IMG/VR virus record: IMGVR_UViG_3300035146_000036
Source of the DNA: a virus
DNA: 64,000 nucleotides
Direction: 5' to 3' (one strand)
Position numbers and translations under genes: made by a program. The notes under the pieces were generated by a model. It made no database searches. It was not told the origin of the DNA and worked only from the letters and a program-made list of their open reading frames with translations. Positions 18,601-30,300 of this stretch are shown here, in pieces (position 1 is the stretch's first letter; each line of letters starts with the position of its first letter).

Positions 18601-21600
18601 ATGAGTTTTCTTGGTATATCATTGGAGATGGCAGCTGTTGATGCTGGGATGAAGGATGGCATTATAAAGGCTGCAAAAGCACTTGATGATGTTAACAAAA
18701 TGTTAATAGACCAGGATAGTGTTATCAAGAAAATCAAGAAAGAGAATTTTTTTGAAGATACAGAAAAAAATGCCGGTAAAGCATCTAATAAAGTAGGTAT
18801 TTTATCTAAGACATTTAAAGAGCTTGGCAATATTGGGTCAAAATCTGCAAATAAAATAAAATCATCTTTTGATAAAATAAGAAATTCTGTGATGCAATTT
18901 AATATTGCTGATATGGCATCAAATGTTAGAACATTAACTGGAGAGACTGGTAATCTTACAAATAGTTTGGAAGCTACAATGGTGAGTATGCTTCAGTCTA
19001 CTAAACCAGTTGCTGCATCATTGAATTTATCAGGAAAGGAGATGAGGAAGTTTGCAAGTCAAGCGGCAAGTATGGCCTATAGTATGAATACATCGGCTGA
19101 TGCTGTTGCAGAGACAATGAGGTCAATTCATGTAGCTAATAAGGGAGCAACAGAGGCTATGAATGAATTGGGATTGTCTACAAAAGATTGGGTAAAAGTT
19201 GTTCAAACAACTAACGTTCCTATGTCTGAATATACAGCTATTCTTGGTGATATGACAACAAGTTGGCAAGCTTCACCAAAAGAGGCCGCTAATATGATTG
19301 ACAGCCTTATGGCAATAGGAAAGGCTGCTGGAACTGGAACTGGTGCTGTAAAGAATGCAAAAGTTCAGTTGGATGAATTAGGGGAAGTTTTTAAAACATT
19401 GCCTCCTTCTATGGCAAGAACTTCTGACGAGATAATGAGTTTAATGCAATCATCAGCTAGAATGTCTGGTGTATTTAGAGAGATGGGAGATACGCAAGAA
19501 GAAGCTATAACAAAGGCAAATACTGTAGCAAGAATGTTTGCTGAACAGGATGTAGCTATTAGAAAAGCTTTAAATATTGGTGATGACCGTGCTCTTATGG
19601 ATAATCCATTGCTTAAGTATCTTATGAGACTTGGTATTGGATTTGATTCGGCCAGAAAGATTATTGAAACTGGTAGTCGTGATGTAGTTGCTGGTATGAA
19701 GATGGTTAATAATGTTTATGCACGTTTTGGAACTGATGTGTCTCCACAAGTTCAAAGAGCTTTATCTGGATTAAGTGGTGCTCTTGGGGAAGGAGCTGCT
19801 GGATTATCATATTTGGCGACTAATACAAAACAAGGAACTGCTGCATTAGATAAAATGGCAAAAATGGCTGTTGATGGGTCTGGTGCATTAAAGAAATTTG
19901 GAAAAGATGCATATAGTTCCGGGTTAACCTTACAAGAAACATATGATAGAGCAAAAGAGTCATTTGATACAACTGTTAGAAGTATAGCTAGACAAAATGT
20001 AAGAAATCTTGTTGGAAAACAAATTGCTGGTATGCGTGAAGCAGGAAAAGAAATAAAAGAACTTGGTTCTGATAAAACTTGGGGACCATGGGTAAATGCA
20101 TTATCTCAATTTCGTCAGATGGGTATTAGTGGTGTATTTGCATCTATGGCTGAATATACAGGGGTTGGTGCTAAAAACGCGGCAAAATTTGGATCTAAAA
20201 TTGGATTAGTATTTGATACAGTTAGTCAGTTTGGAAGTGAACTTGCTCCAATAATGCATATGTTGGGTATGGCAGGTCCTCTTGCTCCATTAATTGCTGC
20301 TGGAGGTATTGGTGCTTTATTATTTATGGATGATTCGTCTGTTAGACAAATTTTAGGTCCATTTTATAAAATTTTTAATGATTTAAAAAATAAGGCTGCA
20401 AAAATATGGGATTATTTTATAGGTATTTGGGATAATAAAGTTGTTCCTAGGATTAAAGTATTTTGGAAATATGATATGAAACCAGCAATGATTGATTTTT
20501 GGAATGAAGATTTTATTCCTTTTTTGAAAGAAAATATTCCTAAATTGGGGATGGCAATATGGGATGGAATTAAGTGGGCTTGGAATAAATTAGGAGAGAT
20601 GACAGGAACTACTGGTCAGGCAGGTGTTATAGGTGGAGCTATGTTGGCTGGTTTTGGACCAGGAATGGTCGGAGCTGGTACTCAAGCTGGAATAGCTTTT
20701 TTGAAAGCTGTTGCATCTCATCCAACTGCTGCTGGTGCTACAGGTCTTGCTGGTTTAGCTGCTTATGCTGGGTGGAAAATGGCAGAGTCTATTTTTGGGC
20801 CAAAATCTGTTAGTAATGCAATAGCTGAAGCTGAGGTAATAGCTGGTGGAAGTGCTGATAAATTTGGAATGTATAAGTTGGCATGGCAGCGTAAACCGGA
20901 AGAGATGGCAGGTCAATTGGGCAGATTAAGAGCTGCTCTTAAAGCGGAAAAGGAAAGTTGGTTTCCTGATAGTGATGATGTTAAAATTCTTGAAAAAGCT
21001 ATATCTTTATTAACAGATGCCCAAAGTGAGCTTATTCTTGATAAGACGGAATCGAATGTTGAAAAATATACTTTGGGTGGAAAGACGACAGCAGAGCAAT
21101 TTATAAATGGTCTAACATCAGGATTAGAAGAAGGTAGGCAATCTGTTGATGATGGTCTTGATTTTATAGCAGATGGAATGATAGCACATTCTCCAATAAA
21201 ATCTGGTCCTCTTGCTGGTGAAGGAGAGTCTAACGCTGCATATCGTGGTGGATATTTTACGATGGAACAGTTTGCTTTAGGTATTACAGATAGTACTGAT
21301 ATTATTAGGAGAGCAATTGAAACAACTCTTAATGATTCTGTTATACTTACTATAGATACATATGCTGCTAAAATGAGAGACCTTGCTAAACAAAAGATGT
21401 TTTTGGCATCTGTTGCTAAAGCAATGGTAAAAGATTTAGGTGGAAATATAGAAACATCTATTGATTCCGAATCTGATATAAATGTGAAAAAGAATTTTGA
21501 AGCTGCTATGAATTTACCTGGTCTTGCTAGTGTTGTTTTGGCTGTTTCAAATGAAGGTGCTCAAACAAGGAAATTATTAAAACGTATTTTAGAAGAAAAT

Positions 21601-21675
21601 ATACGTCAAACTAGTGTAATGAGTGGTGGTGTGAGTATTCCTGTGACAGGAACTACTACTCCACCACCAAGTTGA
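18601..21675 (+). CDS. Tail tape measure protein
   Basis: 1024 aa, Ala/Gly-rich helical protein with hydrophobic Gly-rich segments; between chaperone candidate and baseplate genes. Confidence 0.75.
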   Translation: MSFLGISLEMAAVDAGMKDGIIKAAKALDDVNKMLIDQDSVIKKIKKENFFEDTEKNAGKASNKVGILSKTFKELGNIGSKSANKIKSSFDKIRNSVMQFNIADMASNVRTLTGETGNLTNSLEATMVSMLQSTKPVAASLNLSGKEMRKFASQAASMAYSMNTSADAVAETMRSIHVANKGATEAMNELGLSTKDWVKVVQTTNVPMSEYTAILGDMTTSWQASPKEAANMIDSLMAIGKAAGTGTGAVKNAKVQLDELGEVFKTLPPSMARTSDEIMSLMQSSARMSGVFREMGDTQEEAITKANTVARMFAEQDVAIRKALNIGDDRALMDNPLLKYLMRLGIGFDSARKIIETGSRDVVAGMKMVNNVYARFGTDVSPQVQRALSGLSGALGEGAAGLSYLATNTKQGTAALDKMAKMAVDGSGALKKFGKDAYSSGLTLQETYDRAKESFDTTVRSIARQNVRNLVGKQIAGMREAGKEIKELGSDKTWGPWVNALSQFRQMGISGVFASMAEYTGVGAKNAAKFGSKIGLVFDTVSQFGSELAPIMHMLGMAGPLAPLIAAGGIGALLFMDDSSVRQILGPFYKIFNDLKNKAAKIWDYFIGIWDNKVVPRIKVFWKYDMKPAMIDFWNEDFIPFLKENIPKLGMAIWDGIKWAWNKLGEMTGTTGQAGVIGGAMLAGFGPGMVGAGTQAGIAFLKAVASHPTAAGATGLAGLAAYAGWKMAESIFGPKSVSNAIAEAEVIAGGSADKFGMYKLAWQRKPEEMAGQLGRLRAALKAEKESWFPDSDDVKILEKAISLLTDAQSELILDKTESNVEKYTLGGKTTAEQFINGLTSGLEEGRQSVDDGLDFIADGMIAHSPIKSGPLAGEGESNAAYRGGYFTMEQFALGITDSTDIIRRAIETTLNDSVILTIDTYAAKMRDLAKQKMFLASVAKAMVKDLGGNIETSIDSESDINVKKNFEAAMNLPGLASVVLAVSNEGAQTRKLLKRILEENIRQTSVMSGGVSIPVTGTTTPPPS

Positions 21676-22073
21676 GATATAAAATGAGTATTGGAACAGA
21701 CCCAAATCCAAAGAAGAATTTATTGAGAGCTAGTACATTTTCTTATATGAATTTTATGCCTGAGCAGTTGATTTATGATAAGGAAAAGAATAATTTGATT
21801 AGATTTAGATCTATGTTTGAAATGCCTAATTGGGATGGTGTGGAGGATGGAGAATTTAGTTATGTTATTAGTGGGCAAAATGAACGTTTGGATAAAATAG
21901 CTGCTAAATTTTGGGGAATTGATAGACAGGAACTTTATTGGGTAATTGCAGCAAGAAACAATTTGGATCTTCCAGATGTTCAACTTTATCAAGGTAGGAC
22001 AATAAAAATTCCATCTAAAAGTTGGATAGATACATATTTGTTACCTCAAACACAGAATTATATTGAAAGATGA
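21672..22073 (+). CDS. LysM-domain tail protein (P2 gpX-like)
   Basis: YVISGQNERLDKIAAKFWGIDRQELYWVIAARNNL...GRTIKIP is a LysM motif; 4-nt overlap with the tape measure gene. Confidence 0.65.
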   Translation: MRYKMSIGTDPNPKKNLLRASTFSYMNFMPEQLIYDKEKNNLIRFRSMFEMPNWDGVEDGEFSYVISGQNERLDKIAAKFWGIDRQELYWVIAARNNLDLPDVQLYQGRTIKIPSKSWIDTYLLPQTQNYIER

Positions 22074-23398
22074 CAGTTAGATTTATAGATCCTGTTGCAC
22101 AAGTAATAATCAAAGACCATGAAAGTGGTGAGGAATGGCATTGGGGGTCTCCATCACATCCTTTTTTGACTTCTCTGACTATGATATGGGAAGGTGATAT
22201 GGTTATAACTGGTATAGTTATAGGTGTAGATATGCCTTATGATTATGCTATGACTGCGCTTGACGCATCAAAAACGCCATTTAAAAAAGATAATCTTGTG
22301 AGAGTTAGAATGGGATATGCATCAGGGGAATGGACAGAATGGGCTCATGGTGTATTAGCTGTTGGAGGAAAAGGATTATCAATAGGACCAGATGGTTTAT
22401 CTGGTAATTTAGAAGTTAGTCATGTACCGATGAAGCTATCGGGATATACAGTTTCGAAAGATATCTTGAAGAATGCTGGATATGATGTTGAAAAATTATT
22501 AAAATTACTAGGGGAAGAGATAGGTTGTGAAGTTGATATAACATCAAATGCTTTATCAAATATGAATGCATGGAAGCTTGCTGAACCAAGAACGATTTCT
22601 TATAAAGAAAAGGCTAATTTCTATGCTGGTCTTGAAGGTATGAGTATTTGGCAAATTTTTATAACTGTTTGTAAAGATAATGATTGTTCATTTTTTATTA
22701 AGAAATATAAGGGTGAGAAGACAATAATTGTTCATACTGAAAAAGATATAACGAGTGGTAATTTGAATGAAACTGATTATGTAAATAAATATGTAATAAG
22801 AGGTATTGTAGATCCTTTAAATAATCAATATCCTTGTTTTGGATTTACACCTAAATCTGATGAGGCAGTGTGGTTGAGTAGGATACCTAGTTCTGCATCA
22901 GCAGGAACAAATGGTAGGGGAATAGATTCTGAGACTGCTGAAGATGTTGAATATGATGTTAGGTCTGAAGATCAAGAAGATGCAAGAGATGGTAAAGTTG
23001 AGAATACTGAGCCACAAGATATAAAAGCATCTGATGGATATGAAAAATATATAGCTGATGCTTTTAAAAATGATGGTTCTCTTGGAACTTTTATGAGTGC
23101 ACCAATTTTACCATATGGAACAGAAATTTTTAAAAATCAGGTTAGAAAATTTCAACGTCAAGGTGATCCTGGTATGCATATGGAAATAAACAGTATTGGT
23201 GTTCCTAGTGAAATGGTTGGTAATCTTTGTCAGTTGTGGGGTGCTGGTGTGTTATTTAATGGTACGTTTTGTATAGAGAAGATGGTTCATTCGTGGAGTC
23301 CTGGTTCATGGGAAATGCGATTGAATGTTTATAGACGTGGATATAAGGCTGTGTCTGGAGAGCAGAAAGAATCTTCTGGAGGTCAGCTTCCAAAATGA
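22070..23398 (+). CDS. Putative baseplate hub protein (positionally equivalent to P2 gpD / T4 gp27)
   Basis: Synteny only: tape measure, LysM, this ORF, spike; translationally coupled. Confidence 0.4.
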   Translation: MTVRFIDPVAQVIIKDHESGEEWHWGSPSHPFLTSLTMIWEGDMVITGIVIGVDMPYDYAMTALDASKTPFKKDNLVRVRMGYASGEWTEWAHGVLAVGGKGLSIGPDGLSGNLEVSHVPMKLSGYTVSKDILKNAGYDVEKLLKLLGEEIGCEVDITSNALSNMNAWKLAEPRTISYKEKANFYAGLEGMSIWQIFITVCKDNDCSFFIKKYKGEKTIIVHTEKDITSGNLNETDYVNKYVIRGIVDPLNNQYPCFGFTPKSDEAVWLSRIPSSASAGTNGRGIDSETAEDVEYDVRSEDQEDARDGKVENTEPQDIKASDGYEKYIADAFKNDGSLGTFMSAPILPYGTEIFKNQVRKFQRQGDPGMHMEINSIGVPSEMVGNLCQLWGAGVLFNGTFCIEKMVHSWSPGSWEMRLNVYRRGYKAVSGEQKESSGGQLPK

Positions 23399-24345
23399 AA
23401 TGGATTGAATGGCTTAGGGATTATCTTGCAGATGTTACGCATGGTCTAGAGAGGTTCTGCGGTAGATATTATGGTAGTTATTTGGGAAGGGTAATTGATA
23501 TAGCAGACCCTGATAACAGGGGAAGGATAAGAGCTACATGTCCAGCTATAAATATGCCAAAGGCTGAAGATGTTCCAGGTGGATATTGGATATTACCATG
23601 TATGCCAGGATTAGGAGAGGATTCTGATGGAAAAATGACTGGTATATTTCATCCTCCTGAAGAAGGTTCTCTTGTGTGGCTTCAGTTTGAATTTGGTGAC
23701 CCAAGAAAACCTTTATATATGGGAGGATTTTTAACAACTAGAAATACTTCAGATACATTTTTTTCTGATGATGCTGAAAAAAAAGGGCCATCAAAGAGAG
23801 GTATAAGGACAAAAGCTGGTCATTTTTTAAGATTCAATGATGACCCAGATAAGTTGGAAATTACAATTGCTAGAGGAGATGGTGAAGGAGAGCCAACATC
23901 TCAATTCATAAGTATGACAACAGAAGGTCATACACTGATAACGAATAGTAATGGGTCTTCATTATATATGAATGCCGAAGATAATGAAACTACACTTCAG
24001 ACATTGGATTCTAATGGAAATGTATTATCGATGCTTTTTCTAGGTGATGACAAGATTACTTTGACTACAAAGTCAGGTGGTGCAATAGGTATAGATGGGA
24101 AAGATATTGTGTTAACAGGGGATAATGTTGTTGCAGATGCAAATAAACAATTTTCTGCAAATGCTGGTACTGTAATGCTTGGAAAAGGTGCATCTGAGCC
24201 AGCAATTAGGGGCAATAAGTTTGCTATTGGTTGGGGAATTATGCATCAGCATACTTCTACTGCTCCAGGAAGTCCTACAACACCAGGTGCAACACCTCCT
24301 GTGATGCTTTATAGAGAATTAAGTGAGAATGTTTTTATATCATGA
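23395..24345 (+). CDS. Baseplate central spike (gpV/gp5/VgrG-like OB-fold plus beta-helix)
   Basis: YLGRVIDIADPDNRGRIRATCP...GYWILPCMPGLG...GSLVWLQFEFGDPRKPLYMGG matches the Phage_base_V family pattern. Confidence 0.7.
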   Translation: MKWIEWLRDYLADVTHGLERFCGRYYGSYLGRVIDIADPDNRGRIRATCPAINMPKAEDVPGGYWILPCMPGLGEDSDGKMTGIFHPPEEGSLVWLQFEFGDPRKPLYMGGFLTTRNTSDTFFSDDAEKKGPSKRGIRTKAGHFLRFNDDPDKLEITIARGDGEGEPTSQFISMTTEGHTLITNSNGSSLYMNAEDNETTLQTLDSNGNVLSMLFLGDDKITLTTKSGGAIGIDGKDIVLTGDNVVADANKQFSANAGTVMLGKGASEPAIRGNKFAIGWGIMHQHTSTAPGSPTTPGATPPVMLYRELSENVFIS

Positions 24346-24695
24346 GTAAATGTAAAATTGCATTATTACCTGTTCCTGGATTAGCGATACCTATTCCACA
24401 ACCACCATTTAGTATGCCGTCAAGGCCAAAGATACCTGGGATTCCAAAGACTCCTAATATACCTGGAATAAGTATTGAGGTTAAAATTCCAAAGTTAGCG
24501 ATACCTATACCGCAACCACCATTTAGTATGCCGGCAATACCTAAGATACCTAGGATTCCCGGTAAAGTACCTGGTATTGCGGTTAGGGATTTTTCTGTTA
24601 AATTGGCAGTTCCTATACCACAACCACCATTTAGTATGCCAGCAAGGCCAAAGATACCTAATGTTCCTAAATTGCCAAGATGTCCTTTGGATTAA
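24342..24695 (+). CDS. Proline-rich protein with three tandem ~38-aa repeats (LAIPIPQPPFSMP..PKIP)
   Basis: Repeat seen at protein and DNA level (~114-bp period). Confidence 0.5.
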   Translation: MSKCKIALLPVPGLAIPIPQPPFSMPSRPKIPGIPKTPNIPGISIEVKIPKLAIPIPQPPFSMPAIPKIPRIPGKVPGIAVRDFSVKLAVPIPQPPFSMPARPKIPNVPKLPRCPLD

Positions 24696-24731
24696 TTGCG
24701 AACTCGAGTTCGTTGTGATAGGGTATAGAAT

Positions 24732-25160
24732 ATGAGTATTGTTAATACGGTTCCTTCTGCAAAAGATTTGGATATTATTAAGACGTTCAAGTTTCCATTT
24801 CAAATTGGTGCTGTTGGTTTTCCAGAAATGGAAGATCCAACAAAATATAGTTTTGCAAATATTGTAGCATTGCTTTTGACTGGTGTTGGAGAGAGGGTGA
24901 TGAATGTTGGCCTTGGGGTGAATGTTCATGATTTTTTGTTTTCAAATATGACACCTATTCAACAGGTTCGTCTTTCAAGTATGGTATCTACTGCTATAGA
25001 AACATTTATACCATGGGTTAATGTTATAAGTGTAATTCCTAGTCAATTGAAGTATGATGATGGTATTGGTTCTAAAATAACGTTTGATATTACGTATTCT
25101 GTTGGAGGACAGGACAGTACTCAACAAATAATTTATCCACCAACTGTACAAGGGTATTAA
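24732..25160 (+). CDS. Baseplate wedge protein gp25/gpW family
   Basis: LLTGVGERVMNVGLGVNVHDFLF and KITFDITYSV match GPW_gp25 conserved motifs. Confidence 0.75.
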   Translation: MSIVNTVPSAKDLDIIKTFKFPFQIGAVGFPEMEDPTKYSFANIVALLLTGVGERVMNVGLGVNVHDFLFSNMTPIQQVRLSSMVSTAIETFIPWVNVISVIPSQLKYDDGIGSKITFDITYSVGGQDSTQQIIYPPTVQGY

Positions 25161-25161
25161 A

Positions 25162-27342
25162 ATGTCAGATGACCAATATAGTCCGTTAGTTCCAGACCAA
25201 ACGTTTTTGAATGAAGTGAAATATGCTGCTCGAGATTTTGTTTCTATTGCTGATGATTTGCTTCGTAGATTAAAAATAGAATATGGTACCGTATATAATG
25301 ATTATGCAAGTACTTCTCAGGGGATAATGTTGAGAGACCTTGTGGCATGGGCTTATGCTGCTTTAACATGGTATTTGGATAGGACTGCATCAGATTGTTT
25401 TTTATCTACAGCAAGGACCAGAAGCGCAGTAGAACGACTTGTAGAACAAATTGCATATAAGATGACACCTGCTTCTCCTGCTGGAACTACGTTGGTTTTG
25501 ACTTTTCCTGGTGGAACTACATCAGGATTCATAATGAAAGATCGGTGGAGATTTCAAGGACCAAATGGATTGACTTTTGAGTCTTATGCTAAAATAACGC
25601 AATCATCTGCTTTGTCAGAAGGTGCAACAATAAATGTAGATGTAAGGCAAGGTGATACTAGGATATTAACTTATACTGCAAATGGTAGTAAGAATCAGAC
25701 ATATAGATTAGCCAATATTTTAGAAGATCGTTTTCTTGCTGTAGACGCTACTGAAGTATGGGTTGATGGTCAGTTGTGGGAAGAAAAGGATTTTTTAGAG
25801 TATGAAAAAACGAATCATTATGAGATTAGTTATTTAGCTAATCCACCGATTATTAGATTTGGTGATGGATTGGCAGGTAATATACCTGCGTCTGGTTCTG
25901 AGATAAAAATTCGTTTTTTGATTATTGATGGTAAAAATGGTAATGTAAGAAGTAATACAATACAATCTTCTATTGATACTTTGACGATAAATGGGCAACC
26001 TGTTTTATTTGATGTTAACAATACAAATCGTGCTGTAGGTGGATTAGATCCAGAAGATGCTGAGAAAGCAAAACGTTTGGCTCCTTCAAGTTTTGCTGCT
26101 CGTGGTGCTGCAATAACACAACAAGATTACGAGGCTCTTTCAAATAGTTTTGTAGATCCAGCATATGGGGCAGTTGCAAAAGCATATGCTGTTAATCCAA
26201 GGAGTTTTTATAGTGATACAGTATTTAATGCATTAGTTGTTGATATTCAAACGTTGCTTTTATCTTTTTCTAGTATTATTGGAGCAATGGAAGAGTCAGT
26301 AATTATTGATGCTGCATCTTTGACAACAGCTTTAGCATCAATAGAGACATCAGTGGATGAATTAGACACATTAAGACAACAAATATATAGTTGGTCTGGG
26401 GCTGCTTCTGCTGGTGCTTCTTCTGCTAGAAGTTCAATGAATGAGGCTTCTTCTAGAAGTACATTGGCTATGAATTTAGCTAATGATGCAATAAATACTG
26501 GTGAAGCATTAGTTCAATATATTCAGGATGGAAATACTAATATTGATCATATTTTGGCAGAAGTTAATAATATGCTTGTAGATATAACGGGTTCTCATCA
26601 GGAATCTACACAAGCTGCAAGTGTCGCATCTTCTGCATCTTCTGCTATAGAAAATGTTGTATTGTTAAATTCTAATAATATAATGAATGCTACTAATACA
26701 GATGGGGCTGTAGATATAGAAGTTAATAATATAGTTTCTCAAATATCTTCTTTGGCTATTCGTATTAGTAATATTCAAAGTACTTTATCTTCTATAGATG
26801 GTAATTTTGATTCATTATCTTCTCAAATTAATTTAATTATGTCAGATATGAAAGATAGAATAGGCGTTTTATTTTCTGATGATTGTTTGTCAAATTATGT
26901 TCAGGTTCCTATTTTGTCATTAGATTTAGATGGTAATTATTCTTCTCCATCTATTGGATTGAGGTCTGCGTTACAAGAATATTTGGATGGAATAAAAGAA
27001 GTTACACAAGTTGTAGAGGTTGTTGATGGAATTTCTGTTCTTATTTTGGCTGACATTTCTATAAAAGTTAAGATTATTGAAGCATATGTTATTTCTGAAG
27101 TTAAATCTCAGATTGAATCTGTTGTTATAAGTCTTTTAAAGGGAAGAGAGTTTAATCAACCATTATATTTGTCTGATTTATATGATATTGTTACAGAATC
27201 TTCGGCTGGGATTAATTATGTGAATATTTCTATAACTGGACCAACTGATTATTTAGTAGATGGAAATCTTATTCCAGATTCAAATCAAGTGATAGTATTG
27301 GGAAGTCTTGTTATAAAAAATGAAATAGGAGAAATATTATAA
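25162..27342 (+). CDS. Baseplate J-like protein (gpJ/gp6 equivalent)
   Basis: Position immediately after gp25/gpW and size; no motif verified. Confidence 0.45.
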   Translation: MSDDQYSPLVPDQTFLNEVKYAARDFVSIADDLLRRLKIEYGTVYNDYASTSQGIMLRDLVAWAYAALTWYLDRTASDCFLSTARTRSAVERLVEQIAYKMTPASPAGTTLVLTFPGGTTSGFIMKDRWRFQGPNGLTFESYAKITQSSALSEGATINVDVRQGDTRILTYTANGSKNQTYRLANILEDRFLAVDATEVWVDGQLWEEKDFLEYEKTNHYEISYLANPPIIRFGDGLAGNIPASGSEIKIRFLIIDGKNGNVRSNTIQSSIDTLTINGQPVLFDVNNTNRAVGGLDPEDAEKAKRLAPSSFAARGAAITQQDYEALSNSFVDPAYGAVAKAYAVNPRSFYSDTVFNALVVDIQTLLLSFSSIIGAMEESVIIDAASLTTALASIETSVDELDTLRQQIYSWSGAASAGASSARSSMNEASSRSTLAMNLANDAINTGEALVQYIQDGNTNIDHILAEVNNMLVDITGSHQESTQAASVASSASSAIENVVLLNSNNIMNATNTDGAVDIEVNNIVSQISSLAIRISNIQSTLSSIDGNFDSLSSQINLIMSDMKDRIGVLFSDDCLSNYVQVPILSLDLDGNYSSPSIGLRSALQEYLDGIKEVTQVVEVVDGISVLILADISIKVKIIEAYVISEVKSQIESVVISLLKGREFNQPLYLSDLYDIVTESSAGINYVNISITGPTDYLVDGNLIPDSNQVIVLGSLVIKNEIGEIL

Positions 27343-30300
27343 TGTCAGAAAGTCCAAGATATAATTGGCCTATTCCACAATGGAATGCTGATTGGCAATC
27401 ATGGCAGCAAAGATTTGAAGATCTTTCAAATGATATTGATTCTACTGTATTTTCAAATATGGAAGGATCTAAGTGTATATTTTATCAGCTTCCAAATGCT
27501 AGAGTTTATGATGATTCAGGTACTTATAAACTTGAGATGCTTTCTGATTTGATTCTTATTTCAAGAACTTATAATATGAAAGTTACGGTTGATTCATCAA
27601 GTGATTTAGTACTGATTCCATATAATTTGATAGGATTAACGTTTACTGCTGGAACTGTGGAAGAAACCACGGTTGAGTTCGAATTATTTAATACAGCACC
27701 AATAGATTCAGACGTTCATATTTTTGGATATGTTACAGCGGATTATTCAATAAATTGGTTTAATGGTTCAGTATTTGCTGATGGTGAAGATGCTAGACAA
27801 ATTTTTTCTTTTTTGGCATCTACAGGTGCTGATACAAATAAAGTAAAAGTTACCAATGCTGATACTACAGCTGATTTTCTAAGTAGTAAAATAACTTCTG
27901 GTTCAAATATTACGATTAATGTTTTAAATCCAGGTGGTGATGAAGAATTAGAAATAGTTGCAACTAGTGGGTATTGGAGTAGAAATGCAGTTCCAGCATA
28001 TGTGTATCCAACTACAGATACTGATGCTATGAGAATAGGAGATGGTAGTGTTTCAGTTCCAGGTATTGCATCGAAAACGTATGTTGATACAGGGTTTAGA
28101 TGGGATGTAACAGAATCTCCATCTAGTAGTAATGAAGATAGTATATATTTTGTTTCAGAGGGTAATGATGTTGCGTCAGTTTATTATGATAATACTACTT
28201 CAGAACAAGTTATTTCTTTTGTTGATGAAGCTACAAATGATAATGCAACAATAAGAAAAAGAATGGTACCAGGTACAGCATCAGATTTAGTTGTTTTTAA
28301 TATTGAAGTAGAAGGAGGAGTAAATACAGATGGTTCTCAGTTGATTTTAAAATCAATGACTAATGATGATACATCTCATCTTCAGACTTCTACTGTTGAA
28401 ATTGAAAGTATTGCTTCAGGATTGGATGCTTTGTCTGTATTAAAAGCATCAACTGGAGTAGGTGCTACATCTGGTACTGCTGAAGTACAAATTTTAGCAG
28501 AGGGATATAATGATGTAAATTGTTTAATTAGAGCTCAAGATTTGGCTGCACATACAACATCGATAGTGATATTATCTGATGGTGGGTCAGTATCGGATGT
28601 TTCGATTAAAGCAGAAGGAACTGTTCAATCAAATGCAGAATTTGGTACAGACCCAAGTACTGGTTATGCATATACAGATTTGTTTGCTATATCAACAGAT
28701 TCGTTATCAAGTATGGAGATAATTTCACAATCTGGTGGTGGTGGAAATATTGATGCTGAACTTGATATAAAAGCATTAAATAATGGTGCAGATGCATATG
28801 ATGATGCAACTGTAGTTGTTAGAAGTTATGCTGTTGCAGGTTATGCATCTGTAGTAATTGGTGCTCCAAGTACTGAGGATGTTATATTATCTGTAAGTGA
28901 TTCTGTATTTTTTAAATTTGCAGATGTAGATAAACTAGAGGTTTATCATTCTACTGATACAGTAGTGTTTAGTACCTTTGAACCAGATGATACGTTATCT
29001 GTATTAGAATTTAGTCATAAGAAGTATGCTGGAACAAGTGAAGCTGCGATTGAATTTAATGTTATTGGTGACACTGGAACAGGTGGGTCTAGATTTACTA
29101 TAAATAGTTATAATTATGAAACTACAGATAAAGCAGATATTGAGATTTATGCTAATGGTGGTACTCCCAAAATTGATATTGTAGCAACTTCTACAGGTAG
29201 TGGATTGGCAGAAGTAAATTTGTATGCTGATGGTAATGTAACTGGAGATGGAGAAGTAGATATATTAGCTACAAGTGCAACATCAAATGCTTTTGTTCAT
29301 ATTGCTGCAGAGGGAAATGTTAGTGGAATAGTGTATGTTGGATCGATATCAACAGATATAGTTGCTTTTACTGATGTATCTTCATCTGCTATTCATGGTG
29401 TATGGTCTGAAGATGCAATTCCTTTTTCTATTAGTCCATCAGAATGGACAACGTACAATTCAAATTTTGGTGAAGTATCATTATTGGCTGCATTAAATGT
29501 GGCATATACTTCAGGTGGTGGTAGTGTATCTGAGCCTGCTGGACAGATTGTGTATGGTACAGGAGCTGGTGTTGATTCCTCTTCTATATTTATGTGGGAT
29601 ACTGTAAATAGTGTTCTTATAGTAGGTCATAATGGTACTAGACAAGCTACATCTTTAGATAGTAAGGCTGAAATTCAAGATGGAATAACATCAGGAAAGT
29701 GGACAACTACATTAGCAGATTCATCAGCGTTATCATTTATAAGAAGTTATAATGTTTCTGTAGGTTCTCATACTGCTGTTCCTGCAGATGGTTATCTTGG
29801 TGAGATTAATTTTTATGGATCTACAGGAAGTGCATGGGCTGAAGGTGCTCGTATTATAGTTTCTGCTGCTAGTACTTTTTCTGGAACAAATTCTGGGTCT
29901 GATTTAAGTTTTTATATAACAGAAAAAACTACTACTACTCCAGCATTGGCTATGCGTCTTGATTCTAATGGATATCTTTCGATTACGGATTCATCTTCTG
30001 CTGCAGCAACGGCTGCTCTTGAGATATTTGGCAATGGAGATAATACATATGATAATATATTAGCTTTGTCGTTTTTTAGTGATTATACAGGTGAGCGACC
30101 GATGGTTAGGATAAGAAAATCTCAGACTGATACTATTGGGAATCATGGTGCTGTTTCTTATGGGTCGGCATTAGGTGAGATAGTTTTTCAAGCATCAAAT
30201 GGAACATCGTTTGCAAGTGCTCTTGAACTTAGGACTGTTGCTACAAGTCCATGGTCTGGGTCATCAGAAGGAGCAAAACTAGAATTATGGCAATCTCTTG

